This document shows positions 31,689-39,897 of a stretch of DNA of 64,000 nt, piece by piece (the first letter of the stretch is position 1; each line of letters opens with the position of its first letter). The DNA lies in assembly GCA_004195715.1 (NCBI GenBank), contig PSPX01000005.1:200-64199 (forward strand), given 5' to 3'. Made by a program: the position numbers and the translations under genes. This DNA comes from Methanobacteriota archaeon (lineage in GTDB: Archaea; Thermoplasmatota; Poseidoniia; Poseidoniales; Thalassarchaeaceae). A model generated the notes under the pieces. It ran no database searches and had not been told where the DNA came from. It was given only the letters and a program-made list of their open reading frames with translations.

Positions 31689-32873
31689 GTGCTGAGCATT
31701 GAGCCAATGGGACTCGAGGCGCCCATAGAGTGGTCGCTACCGCCCTCAAAGAGTCACATGATTCGCTGGTTGACCCTAGCAGCGCAGGCCGAAGGAGATA
31801 CAGGACTCAGTTTCACCGGCAACGCCGGGAAGGACGTCCTGTCAATGGTGGACTGTCTGAGAGAGATTGGTGCCGTGGTAGATCAGAATGAATCCAGATG
31901 GGTCGTCAGCGGAGTCGGATTGCGAGGATTCCGAACGCCAGAAAGGAACCTTGACTGCGGCAACTCAGGCACGACAGCCCGCTTCCTAATGGCGATAGCA
32001 GCAGGCATGAGTGAGCCGGTCACCCTTGACGGCGACCAGTCACTGAGGCGGCGCGACATGTCGGCTCTGGCCGGTGCGCTGAGGGAACTCGGCTGTGAAG
32101 TCACTTCGGACACACTCCCTCTGACTGTCACTGGACCTGTAGTTCCAGGGCCGGCGCACCTCGATGTCAACGATTCCAGTCAACCCCTGTCTGCACTCCT
32201 GTTGGCTTCACCGGGCTACTCAGGGGCCATTCATCTCAAGACCTCGTTGCACTCTGTGAGCAGAGGTTACTCGGAGCTGTCGTATGAATTGGCCGCTAGA
32301 TGCGGTTCCTCGAACGAGAAGGGGTCGGACCGCGCGGACATCGAGCCATGGAGGCCCATCACACCCGGCGAGGTAAAAATCCCGGGTGAACTAAGTCTGC
32401 TTCCCCTCGCTATGCTGCTCGCAGAACTACACGACGTCGAGGTCGTGCTCACGGGGGACGACTTGGAACTATCTGGCTCACTGATGGAACTGGCCGAGAG
32501 GACCGAGGAACTGGATTTGCGCGACGAGAGCGATATCATAGCCCCCGCTGCAGCGCTGATGGCTCTGGGCAATGGTGGCAGGATCAGAGGGGTTGCTCAT
32601 GCCAGAGGAAAGGAGTCTGACAGGATTAGTAGCACTGTTGACCTGTTCGACTGCTTCGGAATGGAGGCTATAGAGACCGATGACGGAATTGAGGTAGTGG
32701 GTGGCCAGACCCTAGTCAGGCCAATGCTGCCGGTCGACTCGCATGGAGACCATCGCCTAGCGATGACTGCGATGGCTCTGGCCAGCAAGTGCGGGGGAAG
32801 TGTGGTCGGGGCCGATGTGTGTGCTGTTAGCGACCCCGACTTCATCGAGAAACTGATGATGTTGGAGAATTAG
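31689..32873 (+). CDS. aroA: 3-phosphoshikimate 1-carboxyvinyltransferase (EPSP synthase)
   Basis: KSHMIRWLTLAA and LDCGNSGTTARFLMAIAAG motifs. 394 aa. Confidence 0.8.
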   Translation: MLSIEPMGLEAPIEWSLPPSKSHMIRWLTLAAQAEGDTGLSFTGNAGKDVLSMVDCLREIGAVVDQNESRWVVSGVGLRGFRTPERNLDCGNSGTTARFLMAIAAGMSEPVTLDGDQSLRRRDMSALAGALRELGCEVTSDTLPLTVTGPVVPGPAHLDVNDSSQPLSALLLASPGYSGAIHLKTSLHSVSRGYSELSYELAARCGSSNEKGSDRADIEPWRPITPGEVKIPGELSLLPLAMLLAELHDVEVVLTGDDLELSGSLMELAERTEELDLRDESDIIAPAAALMALGNGGRIRGVAHARGKESDRISSTVDLFDCFGMEAIETDDGIEVVGGQTLVRPMLPVDSHGDHRLAMTAMALASKCGGSVVGADVCAVSDPDFIEKLMMLEN

Positions 32874-32874
32874 G

Positions 32875-33831
32875 ATGTCGCGGTTTGAGGGGAATCTGGG
32901 CACGCACCTTCTGCTACTACTAGTGGCTGTCATATGGGGGTCAACTTGGGCTGTAGGCAGATTCCTCAGCTACGGGCTGGACGAATCAACAAGGGCCAAT
33001 CTTGGACCGGCAACCGCCGCTTGGCTGAGATACTTGGTAGCTGTAATCGCCTTCGTGGCCTGGTGTTGGGCATACAGGAATCGCAATGGTCCGAGAATGC
33101 TGCCGCACGACTCACGATCATGGCGCTACACTGTGTGGTTGGGACTGCTCGGGACGATGGCATACCAACTTCTCTTCATGCATGGTATGAAGTGGACGGC
33201 AGCTGGCGACGCTTCCCTAATCATCCCCATCAATCCAGTCTTCACTGTCCTCTTAGCGGCACCTATGCTAGGCCAGAAAGTGACAAAGAAGATGGCCTTT
33301 GGACTGTTACTTGGGATAGTTGGAGTTAGTGCGGTAGTCGGCTGGAGCCCGAACACCAACATCCCATTTGAGCATCGGCTGCTAGGAGATGCGATGATTG
33401 TTCTCGCTGCCCTCGCTTGGGCGACGAATAGCAACCTGACCAAGATTGCGCTTGAAGAAGATGGCATTGGAACTACCGAAGAATTAGTGATTTGGTACTC
33501 GATTGTCGGATGGATTATGCTCACCCCTTGGATGTTAGTTGAGATCTGGGGTTCGGGTATCCCCAGTCCCAATACGGTGGAGTGGGGTTCGATTGCTTAT
33601 CTGGGACTATTCTCTACCGTCCTGACTTATGTCTGGTTCGCGAGAGGGATTGACAGGATTGGTCCGACCGCAGCAGCCTCCTATGTATTCCTAGTCCCAG
33701 TTTTTGGGGTCCTAAGCGGATGGGCGCTGCTGAACGAGAGCATCGGGGCCTCGATGCTTGTGGGCTTTGTGCTGATAGTGATGGGCGTCAGAGAGGTCCA
33801 GAGAGAGAGTGCGAGACTAAGGGTCGATTGA
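32875..33831 (+). CDS. EamA/DMT-family transporter
   Basis: About 10 TM helices in a two-repeat 5+5 arrangement. 318 aa. Confidence 0.55.
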   Translation: MSRFEGNLGTHLLLLLVAVIWGSTWAVGRFLSYGLDESTRANLGPATAAWLRYLVAVIAFVAWCWAYRNRNGPRMLPHDSRSWRYTVWLGLLGTMAYQLLFMHGMKWTAAGDASLIIPINPVFTVLLAAPMLGQKVTKKMAFGLLLGIVGVSAVVGWSPNTNIPFEHRLLGDAMIVLAALAWATNSNLTKIALEEDGIGTTEELVIWYSIVGWIMLTPWMLVEIWGSGIPSPNTVEWGSIAYLGLFSTVLTYVWFARGIDRIGPTAAASYVFLVPVFGVLSGWALLNESIGASMLVGFVLIVMGVREVQRESARLRVD

Positions 33832-33858
33832 GGGGGCGCCTACAGTGTTGCCTCATCG

Positions 33859-33865
33859 TTAAATA
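33859..33865 (+). promoter_or_regulatory. TATA-like box TTAAATA upstream of rpl10e
   Basis: AT-rich heptamer about 35-40 bp upstream of the ATG at 33900. Similar TTAAAATA and TAATTAAT boxes lie upstream of other genes in this window. Confidence 0.3.
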
Positions 33866-33899
33866 GAGAGGGTCAGTGGGGCGCCAACGAGGTAGTCAC

Positions 33900-34439
33900 A
33901 TGGCGCGCAAACCAGCGAAGATGTATCGCCAAATCAAGGGCCAGGCTTACACCCGGCGGGAGTACTCTGGAGGAGTCCCGAACAACCGCATACTGCGCTT
34001 CTTCATGGGCAATAGGAAGGTAGCGGAAGCAGGTCAGTTCAAGATCATCGTCGAGCTCACTGCCGACAATCCGTGCCAGGTCCGCGACTCGGCTCTGGAA
34101 TCAGCTCGGCAGGTGGCCAATGCCACCATCAGGAAGATTGCAGGAGAGATGGGGTACGCGCTTCGAATGCACACCTATCCTCATCAGATCCTGCGTGAGA
34201 ATAAGCAGGCTACCGGCGCAGGGGCAGATCGTGTCTCACTGGGAATGCGGCAGTCGTTCGGTAAGAACGTCGGTACTGCAGCGCGCGTCCAGCGTGATCA
34301 GACGCTGGTCTCGATTCAGACTGACCCAGAGCACTACCTCACAGCACGGGACGCCCTCAGGAAGGCGTGCTGCAAATTCCCGACACCCTGTACGATTAGG
34401 CTCGTCGAGGGCGCCGAGCATTTGAAGGGCCTAGTGTGA
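33900..34439 (+). CDS. rpl10e: 50S ribosomal protein L10e (uL16)
   Basis: MARKPAKMYRQIKGQAYTRREY N-terminus. Start moved to the ATG at 33900. Confidence 0.8.
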   Translation: MARKPAKMYRQIKGQAYTRREYSGGVPNNRILRFFMGNRKVAEAGQFKIIVELTADNPCQVRDSALESARQVANATIRKIAGEMGYALRMHTYPHQILRENKQATGAGADRVSLGMRQSFGKNVGTAARVQRDQTLVSIQTDPEHYLTARDALRKACCKFPTPCTIRLVEGAEHLKGLV

Positions 34440-34451
34440 GGGCGTAGGGCC

Positions 34452-35030
34452 ATGTCGCCCTCGGATTCGTTGAGCGTGCTGCAGGACTCTCTTCGTGATT
34501 CACCCATCATCTGGAAGGGCGATTACCCGTACTTCATCCACCCCATATCCGACGGCATCCCAAGGATGGATGCAGACGTGCTGCGTGCCACCCGCGACCT
34601 CATCGTAGAGATGGTGGACTGGTCGAAGATCGATCTCGTGGTCAGCGTCGAAGCGATGGGACTGCCCCTTCTAGCAGCAGTAGGAGATGCCACTGGAAAG
34701 CCGACAGTGGTGATTCGCAAACGCCAGTACGGGATGGAGGGCGAAGTCCGGGTCGATGTTTCGACCGGGTACTCGCAGTCCACCACTTACATCAACGACA
34801 TCAAACCGGGAGAGAGGATACTTATCGTCGATGATGTGATCTCAACCGGAGGCACGCTTGAGCCGATACTGGCAACACTCGAGGAGATGGGCGTGATTCT
34901 GCAGGATATCGTCATCGCCATCGAGAAGGGCGAAGGACGCGAGAGGCTCGCGAAGGAGCGCCCGGACTGGCCAATCAGGACTCTAGCTCGCATAGACATA
35001 ATCGACGGCAGAGTCGAGATTTTAGAGTGA
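34452..35030 (+). CDS. Purine phosphoribosyltransferase (archaeal Hpt/Apt-like, type I PRTase)
   Basis: PRPP-binding motif ILIVDDVISTGGTL. 192 aa. Confidence 0.55.
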   Translation: MSPSDSLSVLQDSLRDSPIIWKGDYPYFIHPISDGIPRMDADVLRATRDLIVEMVDWSKIDLVVSVEAMGLPLLAAVGDATGKPTVVIRKRQYGMEGEVRVDVSTGYSQSTTYINDIKPGERILIVDDVISTGGTLEPILATLEEMGVILQDIVIAIEKGEGRERLAKERPDWPIRTLARIDIIDGRVEILE

Positions 35031-35034
35031 TTAC

Positions 35035-36144
35035 ATGGACTTAGACAGACATGATTTCGAGCTCGACGATTTAGTCGAGAGGATTAAGGCTAACGATAAC
35101 CGACTTGTCGCGCTACAGGTTCCCGAGGGGCTGAAGATGCAGGCTCTGGAGATGATGGACTCAATTGAGGACGAGTCCGATGCCACGGTCATCCTGGCTG
35201 CCGACCCGTGCTACGGAGCGTGCGACCTAGTTCATGACAAGATGAGGATGATGGGGGTCGAACTGGTCGCACACATGGGCCACAGTCAGATGAACATCGA
35301 CTCGGGGATGCCTACTCACTTCATCCCAGTCACCTACGATGGCGACCCCGAGTTAGCAGTGGCCCTGCCCCTACTTGAGAGTCATCGCGCAATCGCTCAG
35401 TCTCGACTGGAGTCGGTCGGTGAGGAGGTCGATATTGACGAAGAAGCTGCCAAGGATCGTTTTCTCGATGCGGTTGGGCGGGTTGCCCCTCTGACGGGAG
35501 CGAGGCTCGGCCTAGTGGGCTCCATACAGCACCTCCATCTGCTTGAGGAGTTCAAGAGTAGACTTGAGGTGGCGGGCTTCGACGTAGAGATACCTGTCGG
35601 CGGCGACAGGCTGACCTTTCCCGGCCAAGTACTCGGCTGCAACTACTCAGGCGACGACCCGTCGATAGGGCACTACATGTTCCTTGGCTCGGGCGACTTC
35701 CATCCCATCGGCCTAGTGCTGCATACCGGCAAGCCGCTGACGATGCTCGACCCTTACTCAGGGGATGCCACCGAGATGTCCCTAGAACGCATCGAGAGGA
35801 TTCTGCGTCAGCGCTTCGGCCTGATAAACTCGGTCGTCGAGGCCCAGACGTTCGGTATCCTGATTGGCGAGAAGCCGGGCCAAATGCGTCGTAACCTCGC
35901 AATACGCATGAAGCGCCTACTTGAGAAGCACGGGCGCAAGGGATACCTGCTGGCACTGGACCACATAAGCCCAGACCTCATCGACTTCTACCCGGTCGAT
36001 GCCTACGTCAACACCGCCTGCCCTCGAATAGCAATCGACGACTCCGTAAGGTACGCCAAGCCGCTTATCACCCCGTACGAACTCGAAGTTGCACTTGGAG
36101 AGAAAAAGTGGGAGACGGGTTACCAGTTCGACGAGATACCCTGA
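35035..36144 (+). CDS. dph2: 2-(3-amino-3-carboxypropyl)histidine synthase Dph2 (diphthamide biosynthesis)
   Basis: RLVALQVPEGL and AADPCYGACDLVHDKM...HMGHS blocks characteristic of Dph2. Confidence 0.75.
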   Translation: MDLDRHDFELDDLVERIKANDNRLVALQVPEGLKMQALEMMDSIEDESDATVILAADPCYGACDLVHDKMRMMGVELVAHMGHSQMNIDSGMPTHFIPVTYDGDPELAVALPLLESHRAIAQSRLESVGEEVDIDEEAAKDRFLDAVGRVAPLTGARLGLVGSIQHLHLLEEFKSRLEVAGFDVEIPVGGDRLTFPGQVLGCNYSGDDPSIGHYMFLGSGDFHPIGLVLHTGKPLTMLDPYSGDATEMSLERIERILRQRFGLINSVVEAQTFGILIGEKPGQMRRNLAIRMKRLLEKHGRKGYLLALDHISPDLIDFYPVDAYVNTACPRIAIDDSVRYAKPLITPYELEVALGEKKWETGYQFDEIP

Positions 36145-36192
36145 CTCACGTGCGCACCGCAGACGGACATATGCACGAGCGCTGCTCCACAT

Positions 36193-37395
36193 ATGTCTAA
36201 TAACGATGTGAGCACGAGTCACATGATGGTCGACTGGATTGACAGAATAGGAGCGGGCAAGGTCCTAGTGGACAGGATGTTTTTCTCGTTCGATTGGACA
36301 CCGCCTGCACTGGTCGGTCGCGATGAGGAACTCGGTGAACTCGCTTCGATGTTTATTGGAATGGAGGGGTACGGAGTCAGTGGCAGGGCAGTCATTACAG
36401 GGCCAGTAGGTTCGGGCAAGACGGTGATGACACGTCGCTTCGGAGAAGATCTTCAGCGAATGCTGGACGGGCGCAGGAAGATAGTTCTCGCTCATGTCAA
36501 CTGCCGCAACCATCCAACTGCTTCGCAGGTGTTGCAGGAGATTGCTCGCTCACTCGACTCTGGCCACCCAGAACGGGGCTTCAGCTCGAGCGAGATTATC
36601 CAATCTATTCGTCGTAACCTCAAGGTGCACAAGACCCATCTCCTATTGACCCTCGACGAAGTCGATGTGTTAATTCGCAACGACAAGGGAGACCTGATCT
36701 ACAAGCTGCTCCGAATCGATGAGGGTCAGGACCAGCAGGGCTCGCTCTCGATGATGCTGGTGAGTCAAGACGTTTCTCTAATCAGGTTGTTCGAGCCGGC
36801 CATTATCTCTCGCCTCGGCGAGAGCAGCATGCTGACGCTGGGCGGATACGGCGAGCGCGCGCTCACGGGTATCGCTAGGCAGCGCTACGAGGAGGCCTGC
36901 AAACCGGGATCGGTAGGTGATGACACTCTGTCCAAGATCGGTAGGTTCGCCGCTGAGACGGGTGACGCGCGTCTCGCCATTGAACTGCTGGAGGCAGCAA
37001 TCCGACGCGCCGAGATGGAGGGCAGGGGAGATGTCCTAGTCGAGGACGTACGACCCAGCACCTTACGGGGCGCTTCGGTCGAACCAAATCAGGTTGACAA
37101 TCTGGGCAAGCATCAGAAACTGGTCCTCCTCGGCATCTGCAGGCGTCTCAAGAGGACAGACGAGATCTCCAGCGGTGATGCCCAAAAGTTGTACAATCTA
37201 GTCTGCGAGGAGAACGGGGCCAAACCCCGCAGTTACACCACCTTCTGGAAGCACCTCAAGGAGCTCGAGACACTGGGGCTGATTGAGTCGCGGACTGCGA
37301 ACGCGACGGTGGGCAGAGGGAGGACGCAGCACATCACCATGACCAATACCGCACCTGCGGCCTTGGAGAGTCGCATCGAGAAGGAAATCGGTTGA
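36193..37395 (+). CDS. orc1: Orc1/Cdc6 replication initiator
   Basis: AAA+ Walker A GPVGSGKTV, LTLDEVD Walker B and a C-terminal winged helix. Confidence 0.8.
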   Translation: MSNNDVSTSHMMVDWIDRIGAGKVLVDRMFFSFDWTPPALVGRDEELGELASMFIGMEGYGVSGRAVITGPVGSGKTVMTRRFGEDLQRMLDGRRKIVLAHVNCRNHPTASQVLQEIARSLDSGHPERGFSSSEIIQSIRRNLKVHKTHLLLTLDEVDVLIRNDKGDLIYKLLRIDEGQDQQGSLSMMLVSQDVSLIRLFEPAIISRLGESSMLTLGGYGERALTGIARQRYEEACKPGSVGDDTLSKIGRFAAETGDARLAIELLEAAIRRAEMEGRGDVLVEDVRPSTLRGASVEPNQVDNLGKHQKLVLLGICRRLKRTDEISSGDAQKLYNLVCEENGAKPRSYTTFWKHLKELETLGLIESRTANATVGRGRTQHITMTNTAPAALESRIEKEIG

Positions 37396-37470
37396 TTCAG
37401 CAAGCGCCTACGGCGCTTCCGAACCGCTCTTATAGGGGCCTTTAGTCGGGAGGCCGTCCGAGGTGATGAG

Positions 37471-37968
37471 ATGGCAACGGAGCAGGCATTCAAAGCGGTG
37501 ATTAACGATACCAATCCCGCATCGAGTGGCCGGGCCTTCGGTATCGAGATTACGGGCTCAAACTACAATCATTTCCTAGGTAAGAGAATCGGGGATTCGG
37601 TGGACGGTATGTTCATCGGCGAGGGTGACAGATCCCTATCTGGATACAAGTTGGAGATTACTGGTGGCTCTGATCTGACGGGACGCGCCATGAGGCCAGA
37701 ACTGGACGGCGTCGGCATCAAACCAATCCTCATCACTTCGGGAATCGGCTACAAGGGTAAGCGCTACGTCAAGAAGAGAGGTAAGGTGTATCGATACAAG
37801 TACGACGGCCTCAGAAGGCGACGTAAACTACGGGGCAACGTAATCAGCCAAGACACCCGCCAGATTAACCTGAAGATTACCGAGGCGGGCAATCGCTCCC
37901 TCGACGCCATCTTTGGCCTCGTTGAGGAGGCCGCACCTGTCGAGGAGCCCTCTGGAGAAGAGGAGTGA
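37471..37968 (+). CDS. rps6e: 30S ribosomal protein S6e
   Basis: GKRIGDSVDG...GYKLEITGGSD and MRPELDGVG blocks. Confidence 0.8.
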   Translation: MATEQAFKAVINDTNPASSGRAFGIEITGSNYNHFLGKRIGDSVDGMFIGEGDRSLSGYKLEITGGSDLTGRAMRPELDGVGIKPILITSGIGYKGKRYVKKRGKVYRYKYDGLRRRRKLRGNVISQDTRQINLKITEAGNRSLDAIFGLVEEAAPVEEPSGEEE

Positions 37969-39229
37969 GTCGACAGGGGGAATTATACTGGTTCAGAGTC
38001 TCCCCAGTCAACCTGTAGTCAACATCGGCATGGTCGGTCACGTCGATCACGGTAAGACCACCCTCACTCAAGCGCTCTCCGGAGTCTGGACCGATACCCA
38101 CTCGGAGGAGAGGAAGCGCGGCATCAGCATCAAATTGGGCTACGCCGACACAGCGTTCTACAGGACCTCTGACGGTAGGTACTACGCTAGAGGTAAACAC
38201 CCTGATGGCAACGAGGATTCGGATGGCGAGCTTCTACGTGTGGTCTCGTTTGTTGATGCCCCGGGTCACGAGACCCTGATGGCTGTGATGATTTCAGGCG
38301 CCTCGATTATGGATGGGGCGATGCTACTCATTTCTGCTACTGAGAAGTGCCCGCAGCCTCAGACCCGCGAACATCTGGCCGCGTTGCAGATAGCAGGCAT
38401 AGAGAACATAGTAGTGGTACAGAACAAGATCGACATAGTGAGTCGGGAGAGGGCTGTCGAATCTCACGAGGAGATTAGAGACTTCCTGAAGGGCACGATA
38501 GCCGAGTCTGCTCCAATCATCCCTGTCTCGGCCCACCACGACGTCAACCTAGACGTCTTGATACAGGCCATCGAAGACGTCATTCCCACTCCAGACAGGT
38601 CCTCGAGTGAGTCTGGTCTGATGTACGTCGCTCGCTCGTTCGACACGAATCGTCCGGGCTCGCGCCCTGAGACACTGCAGGGCGGAATCATCGGCGGCAG
38701 CATCGTCGAGGGTTCCTTCAGCGTGGGGGATTCGATATTGATAGCCCCTGGTCGCAGGGTGCAAACCGGCGGAAAGACGACTTGGGAGCCAATTCGGACT
38801 ACCATTCAGAGTGTCAAGGGAGGTGGGCTTGACCTGCAATCCGTTCACGCAGGAGGATTGTGCGGCATCGCTACTCCGATGGACCCTGTCTCCACCAAGG
38901 CCGACGAGCTCTCTGGGCAGGTCATGGCTCGCGAGGGTGAACTGCCTCCGATATGGGAGGCCCTCGATCTAGATCTCGATCTGCTTGAGAACATGGTCTC
39001 GGCCAAAGAAGGGGATGCTGAATCGGTTCGCCCACTGCAGCCCAATGAGATGCTTATGGTGAACTCTGCCACCGCCACCAGCGTCGGAACAGTCTCATCG
39101 ATCAAAGGGCGATCAGCGACGTTGCAACTGAGGTTGCCAATTTGTGCCAAGTCAGGCAGTCGTATCACGCTGTCCCGTCGCATCGGCTCGCGCTGGCGGC
39201 TCATCGGCCACGGCTCGATTGCAGGGTGA
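37913..39229 (+). CDS. eif2g: Translation initiation factor 2 subunit gamma (aIF2-gamma)
   Basis: NIGMVGHVDHGKTTLTQALSG G1 motif. Zinc knuckle and domains II/III present. The 5' end overlaps the rps6e 3' end and the start codon is uncertain. Confidence 0.85.
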   Translation: MASLRRPHLSRSPLEKRSESTGGIILVQSLPSQPVVNIGMVGHVDHGKTTLTQALSGVWTDTHSEERKRGISIKLGYADTAFYRTSDGRYYARGKHPDGNEDSDGELLRVVSFVDAPGHETLMAVMISGASIMDGAMLLISATEKCPQPQTREHLAALQIAGIENIVVVQNKIDIVSRERAVESHEEIRDFLKGTIAESAPIIPVSAHHDVNLDVLIQAIEDVIPTPDRSSSESGLMYVARSFDTNRPGSRPETLQGGIIGGSIVEGSFSVGDSILIAPGRRVQTGGKTTWEPIRTTIQSVKGGGLDLQSVHAGGLCGIATPMDPVSTKADELSGQVMAREGELPPIWEALDLDLDLLENMVSAKEGDAESVRPLQPNEMLMVNSATATSVGTVSSIKGRSATLQLRLPICAKSGSRITLSRRIGSRWRLIGHGSIAG

Positions 39230-39233
39230 TTGG

Positions 39234-39602
39234 ATGGTCGGCGTCCTCGTAGACGCGTGCGGCTGGGCCGCACTGATGGATGCAGAGTTGAATATCGACG
39301 ATGCGATGAAGGGAGTGGTTGGACAAGCCGAACTCATGGTGCTCGAAAGCGTGCATCGCGAATTAGATCTGTTGTCGCAACAGAGGAAGGGACTCCTCCT
39401 CAGTTTGCTCGAGAGCCGTTCCGAGAGAGTTCTCGACCTTGATGGGATGTCTCATCCGGACGAGATGCTGGTAACCCTCTCTGGTTCGAGGAGATGGCCG
39501 GTACTGACAGTCGACCGGGGCCTTAAGGAGAGATTGATATCCTCTGGAGGATCCTACATCGAGGTCACATCAGGACGGTTTCTTAGGCTGGTCGAGACCT
39601 AG
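39234..39602 (+). CDS. PIN-domain protein conserved downstream of aIF2-gamma
   Basis: ATG 4 nt after the eif2g stop. VLVDACGWAAL carries the first PIN acidic residue. Order S6e-aIF2gamma-PIN matches the conserved archaeal cluster. Confidence 0.45.
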   Translation: MVGVLVDACGWAALMDAELNIDDAMKGVVGQAELMVLESVHRELDLLSQQRKGLLLSLLESRSERVLDLDGMSHPDEMLVTLSGSRRWPVLTVDRGLKERLISSGGSYIEVTSGRFLRLVET

Positions 39603-39889
39603 GGCAGCGTGAACAACCGGTCATCCCCATGGCCGTCCAGTAGACCGATTCTAACGGCGGCATCCAACCAAGCGTGCGAGTAGTTGATGGCCCCGAAGGC
39701 GCGAACCAAATCACCGGACTCCATGAAATGCCGGGCATCAGCGGCGTAGTCATCGCACATCCTCAGCATCGAGGCCAATCGGGCCTCGTCCTCCACACCT
39801 TCCGCGCAGGGGGTCGCCTTCGACCTAGCCTCAGTCGTCAGGGCCAGATACCCCTCAACCTTGTCTCTGGTTACTACCGAGCCAGACAT
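39599..39889 (-). CDS. Small archaeal protein, DUF357-like
   Basis: FGAINYSHAWLDAAVRIGLLD resembles the Y-x-GWLDA core of DUF357. Assignment is from memory. Confidence 0.3.
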   Translation of the reverse strand: MSGSVVTRDKVEGYLALTTEARSKATPCAEGVEDEARLASMLRMCDDYAADARHFMESGDLVRAFGAINYSHAWLDAAVRIGLLDGHGDDRLFTLP

Positions 39890-39897
39890 TTGAGCAC

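Noticed and set aside
33832-33884. Direct repeat GGGGCGCC flanking the rpl10e promoter
   Set aside because: An 8-mer of pure GC occurring twice in a GC-rich genome is within chance expectation. Only the TTAAATA box is reported.
36145-36192. Possible oriC next to orc1/cdc6
   Set aside because: The intergenic region is only 48 bp, is not AT-rich, and contains no ORB-like repeat array. The orc1-rps6e gap at 37396-37470 is also short. No origin can be supported from this window.
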